Positions 10,977 to 22,196 of a stretch of 64,000 nucleotides of DNA are shown in pieces (positions within the stretch are counted from its first letter, which is position 1; each line of letters begins with the position of its first letter). Where the stretch lies: assembly GCF_032191835.1 (NCBI RefSeq), contig NC_083228.1, forward strand, positions 109,926,001-109,990,000, written 5' to 3'. The position numbers and the translations under genes are program-made. The DNA is from Heteronotia binoei. Its lineage: Eukaryota. The notes beneath the pieces are model-generated. The model ran no database searches, was not told where the DNA came from, and worked only from the letters and a program-made list of their open reading frames with translations.

Positions 10977-12789
10977 GGGGTAAAAGGATTACTGAAGGAG
11001 GATAGGGAAATGGCTGAGAAGCTGAATGGATTTTTTTGCCTCCGTCTTCACTGTGGAAGATGAGAACTTTTTGCCCGCCCCAGAACCACTAATTTTGGAA
11101 GGGGTGTTGAAAGACCTGAGTCAGATTGAGGTGACAAAAGAGGAGGTCCTACAACTGATAGACAAATTAAAAACTAATAAGTCACCGGGTCCGGATGGCA
11201 TACATCCGAGAGTTCTGAAAGAACTCAAAGTTGAACTTGTGGATCTTCTAACAAAAATCTGTAATCTTTCATTGAAATCTGCCTCCGTTCCTGAGGACTG
11301 GAAGGTAGCAAATGTCACCCCCATCTTTAAAAAGGGTTCCAGAGGAGATCCGGGAAATTACAGGCCAGTCAGTCTAACTTCAATACCGGGAAAGTTAGTA
11401 GAAACCATTATCAAGGACAGAATGAGTAGACACATTGATGAACACGGGTTATTGAGGACACATTGATGAACACGGGTTATTGAGGAAGACTCAGCATGGG
11501 TTCTGTAAGGGAAGATCTTGCCTCACTAACCTGTTACATTTCTTTGAGGGGGTGAACAAACATGTGGACAAAGGAGACCCGATAGATGTTGTTTACCTTG
11601 ACTTCCAGGAAGCTTTTGATAAAGTTCCTCATCAAAGGCTCCTTAGAAAGCTTGAGAGTCATGGAGTAAAAGGACAGGTCCTCTTGTGGATCAAAAACTG
11701 GCTGAGTAATAGGAAGCAGAGAGTGAGTATAAATGGGCAGTCTTTGCAGTGGAGGACGGTAAGCAGTGGGGTGCCGCAGGGCTCGGTACTGGGTCCAATG
11801 CTCTTTAACTTGTTCATAAATGATTTAGAGTTGGGAGTGAGCAGTGAAGTGGCCAAGTTTGCGGATGACACTAAATTGTTCAGGGTAGTGAGAACCAGAG
11901 AGGATTGTGAGGCACTCCAAAGGGACCTGTTGAGGCTGGGTGAGTGGGCGTCAACGTGGCAGATGCAGTTCAGTGTGGCCAAGTGCAAAGTAATGCACAT
12001 TGGGGCCAAGAATCCCAGCTACAAATACAAGTTGATGGGGTGTGAACTGGCAGAGACTGACCAAAAGAAAGATCTTGGGGTCATGGTAGATAACTCACTG
12101 AAAATGTCAAGACAGTGCGTTTGCAATAAAAAAGGCCAACACCATGCTGGGAATTATTAGGAAGGTAATTGAAAACAAATCAGCCAGTATCATAATGCCC
12201 CTGTATAAATCGATGGTGCGGTCTCATTTGGAGTACTGTGTGCTGTTCTGGTTGCCGCACCTCAAAAAGGATATTATAGCATTGGAGAAAGTCCAGAAAA
12301 GGGTAACTAGAATGATTAAAGGGCTGGAACACTTTCCCTATGAAGAAAAGTTGAAACGCTTGGGACTCTTTAGCTTGGAGAAACGTCGACTGCGGGGTGA
12401 CATGATAGAGGTTTACAAGATAATGCATGGGATGGAGAAAGTAGAGAAAGAGGTACTTTTCTCCCTTTCTCACAATACAAGAACTCGTGGGCATTCGATG
12501 AAATTGCTGAGCAGACAGGTTAAAACGGATAAAAGGAAGTACTTCTTCACCCAAAGGGTGATTAACATGTGGAATTCACTGCCACAGGAGGTGGTGGCGG
12601 CCACAAGCATGGCCACCTTCAAGAGGGGTTTAGATAAAAATATGGAGCAGAGGATCAGTGGCTATTAGCCACAGTGTGTGTGTGTATTTTTTTTATATAT
12701 ATATAAAAATTTTTGGCCACTGTGTGACACAGAGTGTTGGACTGAATGGGCCATTGGCCTGATCCAACATGGCTTCTCTTATGTTCTTA
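10977..12789 (+). mobile_element. Young 5'-truncated CR1 LINE (ORF2 RT region plus 3' UTR), frameshifted
   Basis: ORF pieces 11026-11466, 11480-12160 and 12144-12668 contain KSPGPDGIHPRVLKEL, GNYRPVSLTS, YLDFQEAFDKVPH, SGVPQGSVLGP and KFADD; CR1 terminal (CTTATGTT)n; exact 28-bp tandem duplication at 11429-11484. Confidence 0.95.
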
Positions 12790-14291
12790 AAATGAGATTC
12801 CTCCAGCAAATCATGCAAGTTTCTGCTTTTGTTCATGTAATTTGTGACTACCTATTTTTGAACTTCCTTTTTTCTCAGTTCAGTTCTTAGAACTCTTTGG
12901 TCACAGGTCAGCTCTCCCAATGACTGGTGCATTCTGTTGACTAGTCAACCAAGATCATCACATTCAGAGTCACTGTGGGAAGAATGTCCCAGTCATTCAC
13001 AGGCCTGTGAGTCAAGAAGATGGGGATGAAGAAAAGGCAGACCCCAATGGCTTCCTTATAAGCCATTAATAGAACAATATTTTATCAACTGTGGCTGCCA
13101 GGGTGACACAGGATTTCTCAACTCATTACAAATAAGAGGTTCATTTATTAAGCTAGAAACAGTAATAAGGATTTCCACCTATCTGGGGATACTTCTTTTC
13201 GTTTGCAAAATGAAAACAGATATTTAGGTTTCTGTGACAACTCATAATTCTCTGTTAGAAATGACGAGTCTAATTGAGCAGGAACTTTTCCTGTGGAAGT
13301 CCTATGGGGTCTAGGCAAGAAAGCAATTGTGAAATTAGAGAAGAGTAGTATGGCATGACAAAAAAAGAAACTAGGGATAGAGATTCATAATGTGATCGTA
13401 AACGGTTATGTGTTTATGAATGCATTTGCTTCAATGAACTTTGAAAGCTTTAAGACTGCTTAAGATGATCCTGATCGAAAGGAAGTGTGTCTCTGGAGAC
13501 ATTCTCTTCTAGAGAATTATCACTTTGTAAGAGAATCAGTTTCCCTCCTCATAAGTTTGCCTTTTGCTTGTGAGACACTGCAAAAAAGATAGTTGAAAAT
13601 ACGAGTACCCGTTGACAAATATATGTGTCCCAAAACCAAAGATATATTTTACCCCTTGTCGGTTTTGGCCAAGCCAGAATGTCAGCCTCTATGTCACCTG
13701 GGTATGGCAAATCTGCCGAGCTGCAGCTGTCTCATGCATTGCAACATAGATTTATTATTGTTGTTTATATAGCTCTACTGGTTTTTAGCCAGCAGGGGTC
13801 TCTCAATGGAACAGAAAGAGGATTATTTTGCATCTAACAGCTGTGGCCATCTTCTGTTGTAAAACATGGAAAGAAACAATCATTTACTTCAATGAATCCC
13901 AAGTGGAGAGATAGGTGGAGAGACAGGTGTACACATGCAGTTTTACAAAGACTAGAAGAAGATGCCAACTGCATGGTTCTTGATAATGAATCAATGTAAG
14001 CTTATTTACTATTAACTGCACTGTTTCTTTACTCAGAATTATGCAGTAGGTCACATCAGAGAGACCTCATCCCAGTCTCAAACCTTCTCTGCAGGATCCA
14101 TCTGGAAAACTTCTAAGGAAACCCTTCCTTCCTTTGAAGAAGCATGATATAGAAATATGATAGACAAATGTTGTCTATAGCATAAAGCTGATTCTTATGT
14201 TTGTTTGGCCAGAGAGCATTTACACATAGGCTTGATTTGCATAATTTGCCATTATTGAAGGGGAAGGATGCCATAAAATGAGGCAATATTC

Positions 14292-15114
14292 TAGGATTGC
14301 CATGGCCAAGGGGGTAGGGTTGTCAGGACCAGGTTGAGAAATTCTTGGAAATCAGGGAGTGGAGCCAGGGGAAGTCAGGAACCTCAGTGGACTATAGGGG
14401 TGTACAATCCCCCCCACTTTATTTATTTTTTTGAGTCTATTAGACCCACGAACTTTTCAGGATTTCCAAAAATCCCAGATTCTAATACTGGCAAGTATCC
14501 AGATTCAGGATTTTTTTAAAAAAAATTCCCAATTTTTTCCAGGTCCATAAGACCAAAGATTAAAAAAAAAAAAAAAAGGAAGGAAAAAATCCAGGATCAG
14601 CAAAACACATTGCTCCCTGCCTCTCAGCAGTCCCCCCTACATTTTTTCTGCAGTCCCTTTAAACCAGCTTGGTTTAAAGGAACTGCAGAAGAAAGTTGGA
14701 AAAGCAGCTGAGATATAGGGAGCAGTCTCCCCACCTCTCAGCCCTTTCCCCCATTTTCTTCTGAAATCCCTTTAGAACAGCCTGGTTTAAAGAAACTGCA
14801 AAAGAAAGCAGGGGGAAACAATTGAAAGATGGGGAGCATTCTCCCTGTCTCTCAGCTGTTTCCCATTATTTTTTTCTACACTCCCTTCAAATGAGTCTGG
14901 TTTAAAGGGGCTGCAGAAAAAGTGGAAGGAAACAGCTGAGAGGCTGGGAGTAGTCTCCCTGCCTCAGTTGTTTCTTCCAATTTTTTCCTGTATAATGCCA
15001 TAGAGCCTGCCCTCTAAAGCTGCCATTTTCTCCAGAGGAACTCATGTCTGTCATCTGGATATGAACTGTAATTTCAAAGGATCTTCAGGTCCCACCAGGA
15101 GGCCGGCATCCCTG
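14292..15114. mobile_element. hAT MITE (TAGGGTTGCCA family) with a truncated TAGGGGTGT-family element nested at about 14395-14990
   Basis: Termini TAGGATTGCCA...GGCATCCCTG; TSD-like CAATATTC/GTATATTC (6/8); the outer consensus GTGG-TATAATGCCATAGAG is split by the insert. Confidence 0.6.
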
Positions 15115-15519
15115 GTATATTCTTGCAAAGTCTGACTGTCACGTTCCTTTGCCATATTAATACTTTATTCTAACACCTGCTACACTACTGGGAAATGAAA
15201 GTATGTGGGCCTTCTGGCAGTGTCTGCCTCCCAAGGTCATGACTATCTGTTAAGAGTGTTTTGCTAATGAATTTCATAGTGTGAGAATGCCTGCTTTGTA
15301 ACAATTTACTGTTCTGAACTGCTTTCAACTTATCTCGGCCAGAAAGTTAGGCGCGCATGTAATGGCTAAATGCTTCCATATATTTGTGCTCACTTGCATA
15401 TCACCTTAATTTCATCACTGGCTCTGCCAGTGGTACTGTCCTGTCTTACAATAAACACTAATCCTGATGGAATGGTTATTATTGAAGAGAGTCGTAGACC
15501 TGACACTGGCCAGGATAGC

Positions 15520-15720
15520 TAGGATAGTCCAGATTAATCAGATGTTGGAAGCTAAGCAGGGTCAGCCCTGGTGAACACTTGGATGGGAGACCACCAAGGA
15601 AGTCCAGGACTGCTATGCAGACATGGGTAGTAGCAAACCAACTCTGTACACCTCTTCCCTTCAGAACCTGAAGGGTCTCCATCAACTCGCTGCAACTTAA
15701 TGGCACTTTACACACACATT
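15520..15720 (+). mobile_element. 5S rRNA-derived SINE (5S-Sauria-like) with RTE-type tail
   Basis: GGAAGCTAAGCAGGGTCAGCCCTGGTGAACACTTGGATGGGAGACCACC matches the 5S internal control region, then diverges into a Sauria/BovB-like tail ending GGCACTTTACACACAC. Confidence 0.8.
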
Positions 15721-15782
15721 CCTACAGGTCTCTGTGTCATGTATCTTGCTCATACTTTATATGAAAGGTGTATTCCTAATCA

Positions 15783-16165
15783 GGTGTGTGTGTGTATTAA
15801 ATGCCATAAAATCACTTCTAACTTATGGCAACCCTAAAAATCAATGTGCTCCAAAATGTCCTGTCATTAACAGCCATTCTCAGGTCTTGCAAACTGATGG
15901 CCATGGTTTCCTTGACTGAGTCAGTCTATGTTATGTTTGGTCTTCCTATTTTCCTGCTGCCTTCAACTTTTCCCAGCATTATTGTCTTTTCCAGTGACTC
16001 TTGTCTTCTCATAACATTACCAAAGTATAACAGCCTCAGACCAAAATATAATAGTTTTTTTAGCTTCAATTTGGTCTAGAACCCACTGATTTGTCTTTTT
16101 TTCTTGTCTTTTTGGGTGGGGGGGAGGGTGGTTCAAGGCATCTGTAAAACTTTCCTCCAACACCA
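15783..16165 (-). mobile_element. RTE-BovB-like LINE 3' fragment
   Basis: TTCCTGCTGCCTTCAACTTTTCCCAGCATTATTGTCTTTTCCAGTGACTCTTGTCTTCTCATAA...TCTAGAACCCACTGATTTG matches the squamate BovB-type 3' end; (CA)n tail. Confidence 0.7.
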
Positions 16166-16569
16166 AACATCATTCATATGCCATAAAGATGTTCTTCCTA
16201 AGCTCCATAAAAATGCATTTAACATTAAACCAACAAAAACTTCACTAGTCTGCCACCCCCAACAGAGCCAGTAGGTTTTAGCCAGGCTAAGTACCAGCCA
16301 AGACTCTGAAGACAGAAAATTCAACAAATGCCACCACTGAAGAGGCACCTTGCTTTGTGAACATCCATCTTAATGCAGAAGAAGGTGGAGACAGAGAAGG
16401 GCCAGTCTTGAACTTCTAATTGCCATTCAGGAATATATGGGAACCCCCTCCATCTGTTAAATATTTTGGTTAATCCCAGAAAAAAAGCTGTTGCATGATT
16501 GCTGCTGTTGGAATGTAAAGCTCCTAGTTAACTCTTCTGCAATTGAATGTCTCTACCTAGGGTTGATAA

Positions 16570-18431
16570 TAGGGATGGGCACAGACCAGAAAATGCTGAT
16601 TCGGTTCACGAACAGAACCAGACCGGTTCCCGGACCAGTTCGCAAACTGAACCACAGCCTGGTTTGCGAACTGGCCCGGTTTTTTAAAAGCCCCCCACAG
16701 GACTTCGAAGCTCCAAAATGGCAGGTTGTCTCCAGATCACTCTCCTCAATGTACCCAACAAGTTTGGTCCACATTGGACTTCGGAGGGGGGTGGGGGCTG
16801 AGTTACAGACCCCTAAAAAAAATCATTCACTGCAATGCTTTTCAATGGGATGTCACCTCTGCTGGTTCAGAAGTTACCAGAACTGATCTGGGTGAGCTAG
16901 AGGCCTTCAACGCACACAATTCCTCCCTGGGGTGACCCTCCACATGGCCCACATGTTACATGCATGTCAGATTTGGAGGGATCCAAGTAGCAGACCACTA
17001 AGCAAGGTGCATCCAGGAAACTGTTTTTGGGGAAGTTGTCCAGAGTCAGTTTGAATCACTATAGTGTGGACCTGGTTAAGCTACAGGCATCAGATTCCCA
17101 GAGTACTTCCCCAGGGATCACCCACATGGCTGCAGTTGGCTGTGTCTTCCTGGGACTAGCAATCCAGCTCTGGTGACATGACTGATTGGGGCCAAGCCTT
17201 CCATCCTACCTGGGAAGGTGACAGGGACAATCAAGCCTGGCAGCTAGGAATCACTGCACAGCTGCGGAAGGGGGCACTGGTGGACAAGCTAAGGGAATGT
17301 TCTTCAGCCACCCTGAGCCTGCTTCGGCAAGGAGGGCAGGATATAAACCTGAGAAACAAATAAATAAATGTGTGGGGATATGTGGCAGAGGAGAAAGGAT
17401 GTTTTTTTGGAGGAGCAACAAGGGTACCCCACAGCTGAAGAAGAGTGCAGTTAGCCAAGCCCCCCAGAAATCTGCAGGTAGTTTGCATGCCTGAATGGGA
17501 GAGGAGAGTGGAAACCCCCCAGGCAAAGACTCAAGCAAAGCAGGAAGAAATGGAGTACTTTTTGGAGGAGCAGAAAGGGGACCCCACAGCCAGGGAAGAC
17601 AGCAGTTAGCCAACGCCCCCCCCCAGAAATTTGTAGGTAGTTTGGGTGCCTGAGTGGGAGAGGATACCCCCCCCCCGGCAGAGACTCAAGCTATGCAGGA
17701 AGAAACGGGGTGCTTTTTGGAGGAGCAGAAAGGGGACCCCACAGCCAGCATGCAGAGAAAAGGGCAGTTTTCAGAACCTGCAAAAGTGAACAGTCAACTC
17801 CCAAATCAAATCAAAACCATGTTTTAAATGAAAAAAAAATCTATCCATGTTTCCCACTCCTCACAGCAAAGAAAAAGACGGGGGGGGGAGGGGAGAGAGA
17901 AATGTAGCTCTGAATGCAAGGAAAGGAGAAAAAAGAGAGCGGTGATGCTTTTACTCTGGCGGTTTGTATAGAGGCTAGGAGATTCAACAGGTTTCTTTAC
18001 CCACCCCAGTAATTCCACCCCCCCCCCCAGTCCACCAAAAGATATTCTTACACATGCAAGAAGATCAAGACTTGCAAAAACTAGATGCAAACAGATGACA
18101 GGAATGCGCCTCCAGTGATTATATACATCCCCCCCATCCTGAGGAAGTCAGATCAATGCCTGTCATTGAAAATCATACTTGCCTGTCATTTTCACACTGT
18201 CACTATTGGTCCCTTGATGGCTGGAAATATCCCACTTACACCCACTTTTCAGCACGAAACTCCATGGGTGGTGTTTCTTTGCCAAGAGTGCACAAGAGAT
18301 TCCGACCCGGGCAGAAAGTTCGGAGACTTCCTGGTCCGAACATGTGCTTTTTGAACCGAACTGTTCGAACCTTGAACAAGGTAAAATCTGGGCCAGATTT
18401 TAGTTTGGGTTCGGGTCTGTACCCATCCCTA
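16570..18431. mobile_element. 1862-bp non-autonomous hAT element (TAGGGATGGG TIR)
   Basis: TIRs TAGGGATGGGCAC...GTACCCATCCCTA; perfect TSD GTTGATAA (16562-16569, 18432-18439); subterminal CCGAAC/GTTCG-type repeats; no transposase ORF. Confidence 0.85.
17404..17750 (+). repeat. About 155-bp tandem repeat, about 2.3 copies, inside the hAT element
   Basis: TTTTTGGAGGAGCA(G/A)AA..GG.ACCCCACAGC recurs at about 17404, 17560 and 17714; full units share GTTAGCCAA..CCCCCAGAAAT and AGACTCAAGC..AGCAGGAAGAAA-like segments. Confidence 0.8.
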
Positions 18432-18602
18432 GTTGATAACCTTCAGGAGGGCTTGGAGATCTCCTGAAATTGAGATCAGTTCTAGCTGCTTTGGAGGTTG
18501 TACACTATTGCATTATACTCTGCAGAGGTCTCTCCCCTCCCCCGAACACACCTTCCCAGGCTTCACACCTTCTCCAGGAATTTCCCAACCCAGATTTGGC
18601 AA

Positions 18603-19438
18603 TAGGCTTGCCAATCCCCAGGTCCCAGCGGGGGTTCTCCCGCTTTCCCAGGCTCCTTCCCGCTCCCAGTCAGTTGGCCAGTAGGGGGGAGCCCCATCCC
18701 CACAGCCCCCATGAACCTTTCCACCTCTGGAGGCTTCAGACTCCACTGGAAAGTGGAGTTGGGATGGTGCGTCTGCATCTTTAAGGCCGAAGGGGGGTGG
18801 GGGAGCAGACAGAATAACATGGCTGTGAAAGCAGCCCAGACCCTCCCTTGGTTGCACAATCTTTGCAGAGCTCATTTGCAGCCCAGACCCTTCCTTGGTT
18901 GCATAATCTTTTCAGAGGTCGGTTGCTCTGTGTTACTTTGAAGAAGTTGTAAGTTCAGCAACTGGTGAGTAGAGATGCCAGTCGCCCGCTTCAGAGTCAT
19001 CAGAAATGGGGGGGGGGAGGGAGGGAAATGTCTGCTGGGCACTTCATTATTCCCTATGGAGATCGATTCCCATAGGGAGTAATGGAGAATTGATCTGGGG
19101 GTATCTGGGGCTTTGGAGAGGCTGTTTTTTGAAGTAGAGGCACCAAGGTTTCAGCATAGCATCTAAAGACTCTCCTTAAAATGTGCTCCAAGTTTCAAAT
19201 AGATTGGACCAAGGGGTCCAATTCTATGAGCCCCCAAAGAAGGTGCCTCTATCCTTCATTATTTCTAATGTAGGGACGGTATTTAAAAGGTGTGTGGTTC
19301 CTTTAAATGTGATGGCCAGAACTCCCTTTGGAGTTCAGTTGTGCTTGTCACAACTTTGCTTATGGTTCCACCCCCAAAGTCTCCTGGCTCCACCCCCAAA
19401 ATCCCCAGATATTTCTTGAATTGGACTTGGCAACCCTA
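18603..19438 (+). mobile_element. 836-bp hAT MITE (TAGGCTTGCCAATCC...TTGGCAACCCTA)
   Basis: TIRs as named; perfect TSD TTTGGCAA (18595-18602, 19439-19446); the 3' core is homologous to 49232-49732. Confidence 0.88.
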
Positions 19439-19527
19439 TTTGGCAACCCTATCTCTGCCATCAACAAGATGTAAGTTGTTCTAATGTATTTATCCATGAA
19501 GTACCTTCTTTCATCCTCTTGTAGTGA

Positions 19528-19607
19528 GAAGAAGAAGAAGAAGAAGAAGAAGAAGAAGAAGAAGAAGAAGAAGAAGAAGAAGAAGAAGAAGAAGAAGAAG
19601 AAGAAGA
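19528..19607 (+). repeat. (GAA)n microsatellite, about 26 units
   Basis: Uninterrupted GAA run; source of the spurious poly-Ser ORF 19461-19643. Confidence 0.98.
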
Positions 19608-20732
19608 CAATGACTCATGACATCCATCAATGACTCGTGACATCCATCTGTATTGGTTTACCTGGTTTTCCTAGCTAGTTAAAATGCAGTAATGCTAAAC
19701 ATGTCTTCCTGCTGCTGTAATGGAAAACAAATCAATGGAAGCATTTTAAAAGAAGATAACACTTTTGTTTCCCCTCTATGGATTGATTAGTGCTTTATTA
19801 AAATGTTAACAGGATTACAGCCAATTTATAAAATTGCTTCTCTTTATCCTATGTATATTAATAGGGAATTAAGATAAATATTTTCAAAGGGCTTTAATAG
19901 GATTTTCTATTAAAAAGGCAGCTTCACACTAACGATTAGCAAGCTATTAGGAAGACCTTCGCAGAAACAAAGCATAGAAAACCAAGCAGAAACAAATAAA
20001 TCATTTAATAGTAACAAATGATCCAAATTATTGCTTCTAATCACGGACACATGCAGAAAATAGAGTTCTGTGTGGGTTTAAATCTGTAGTTGCACAATCA
20101 ATTTTGAGATATTACAGGAGAAAATAATACAGTAATAAACATAATTCTGAGAGGAAAATGTACTGTTTTTAAAATGTGTTTTGATTGAAAATCTTTCTTG
20201 TTGCCAGATTGCTTTCATGTATTATCCCAGCTAGGGATGCTGCAGACTTCACCATAAACAAGTATTGCAGGCAAACACAACATTTTTGACACTTGTGACC
20301 ACCTGTGAGCTGAGACGCAAATCTATTCAGTTATCTGTCATCTAAGTCAAACAGTTACCAAAGCAGCTTTGTGGCTGCGGCTGCTCAGTAGCTGTGATGG
20401 TGAAGCTTTATTTCCTTGTGGTGTTGCTGGAATTTTGCTTCTTGGCCTTGCAGGCCCTTTTGCATTTGCACTGGGGAAGGACCCATGGCTCTGCTTTAAA
20501 TACAGAATGTCTTAGGTCCAGTCACCAGCTTCTCTGGTTAAAAAGACCAGGCAGTAGGTGAAGTGAAAGGCCTTTCCCTAAGACTGTTTTCCATCTGAGC
20601 AGACGATCCTGACCTTGAGTGGGTAAAATTGGTTTTTCCTTCAGGGTCATGGGTCATCAGGTCAGGTAATTAAAAATGCCAGTCTAAGCAGAGTTATGTC
20701 CTTCTAAGTCCATTGAAGTCAATAGGTTTAAA

Positions 20733-21016
20733 AAGGTAAGGGTAGTCCCCTGTGCAAGCACCAGTTGTTTAGGGCTCTGGGGTGATGTCGTATCATGACA
20801 TTTTCATAGCAGACTTTTTTTACAGGGTGGTTTGCCATTGCCTTCCACAGTCATCTACACTACCCCCAGCAAGCTGGGTACTCATTTTACCAACCTTGGA
20901 AGGATGGAAGGCTGAGTTGACTTTGAGCTGGCTACCCAGCTTCTGCAGGGATCGAACTCAGGTTGTAAACAGAACTTGGACTGCAGTACTGCAGCTTACC
21001 ACTCTGCGCCAGGGGT
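20733..21016 (-). mobile_element. tRNA-derived Sauria/Squam2-like SINE (RTE-BovB-type tail)
   Basis: Minus strand GGCGCAGAGTGGTAAGCTGCAGTACTGCAG...GAGTTCGATCCC...GCACAGGGGACTACCCTTACCTTT. Family name is tentative. Confidence 0.8.
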
Positions 21017-21609
21017 TTAGAAGGGTGTAATGAGGGTTGTCAGGAGCTTGGGTGGGGCAAAGATATGAGGGTGCCAGTGTTGCATGCACCATGATGTCAC
21101 TTTTGGGAAGGAATGGAAGTGATTTCTTGTCATCCTAGGAAGCACAGTAAAAACATAGAGTTTCTGGTCATTCCTAGAGTGACTTGAAGGCACTTCTGGG
21201 GTTTCCCATAGTGGAGACACTTGGTGTTGTAAATTTTGGTTTTGTGTTTTTAGTGTATTTTATCCTATGTGACTTGTCAAAGTTGTGTAAGCTGACCTGA
21301 GCTCTATAAGAAAGACAGGTGACTAATAAATGTTTTAAATTAATATATATTTTATAAAAATTACTGAGTAAGAGGATGAAGCTAAATTGCACAGCTTGCA
21401 GACGCTGGGTTTATCGAAAAGCTCTTTGCAGTCAACTTTACTACCTCATGGTTTTGCCTGAATATTATCTCACAGTTGCTGAAATTCATAAGGTAATTTT
21501 ACTATCAGTTTGTTTGCTGTCATCCAGCCTTCACTGATTCCAGATGCTAGATCAAGGTTTCCATCATTTCCCTGAAATTAGATTTAAAGGAGAGTTAGCT
21601 ATCCTTGAA

Positions 21610-21908
21610 AGAGTCCCATGGCACAGAGTGCTAAAGCTGCAGTACTGCTGTCGGAGCCCTCTGCTCATGACCTGAGTTCGATCCCAGCAGAAGCTGGTTC
21701 TGGTAGCTGGCTCCAGGTTGACTCAGCCTTCCATCCTAATGAGGTCGGTAAAATGAGTACCCAGTTTGCTGGGGGGAAAGTGTAGATGACTGGGGAAGGC
21801 AATGGCAAGCCATCCTGTAAAAAAAATCTGCTGTGAAAATGTTGTGAAAGCAACATCACCCCAGAGTCGAAAACGACTGGTACTTGCACAGGGGACTACC
21901 TTTACCTT
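21610..21908 (+). mobile_element. tRNA-derived Sauria/Squam2-like SINE
   Basis: GGCACAGAGTGCTAAAGCTGCAGTACTG...GAGTTCGATCCC...GGGGAAGGCAATGGCAA...GGGGACTACCTTTACCTTT; inverted relative to 20733-21016. Confidence 0.82.
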
Positions 21909-22196
21909 TTTTTTTTTTTTAGCTATCCTCATCATATTTGTGATACTTCACTCCAGATGGCCATGTGTCTTCTTCCAGTGGTTTTATGTAGCTTGTGAGA
22001 CAACTCCAGTACAATGTAGATAAAAGTATGAAATCAAGTATCTGTAATTAAATTCACCATTCTTTTATGGCTTTGAATTCCAGATTTGACATCTTTGGTG
22101 TATACTAGAAACTGATTTCTTCTTTTGGGGAGAATTTCATCACAATATTGCAATGCTTTGAATTTGTGTATCTGGATGCAGATCCTGGACATGTGC

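Larger units (their letters stand above)
16558..19451. mobile_element. 180-bp hAT MITE (TAGGGTTG TIR) expanded to 2894 bp by two nested hAT insertions
   Basis: Outer TSD TCTCTACC (16550-16557) / TCTCTGCC (19452-19459). The pieces 16558-16569, 18440-18602 and 19447-19451 rejoin to a MITE homologous to 40643-40867. Confidence 0.85.

Noticed and set aside
11659-12554. Minus-strand ORFs 11659-12009 and 12180-12554 (twins at 27357-27707 and 27880-28254)
   Set aside because: Antisense shadow frames of CR1 ORF2, duplicated only because the CR1 is duplicated.
15541-15600. 5S rRNA gene
   Set aside because: Only the internal control region matches; the 5' part is diverged and the 3' part continues into a SINE tail with no oligo-T terminator.
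17404-17750. CRISPR-like repeat-spacer array
   Set aside because: Units are homologous along their full length with no unique spacers, the context is vertebrate, and there are no cas genes.
19461-19643. Poly-Ser ORF; also the poly-Ile ORF 62553-62735 and Arg-run ORF 45971-46174
   Set aside because: Translations of (GAA)n, (AAT)n and SINE-tail microsatellites.
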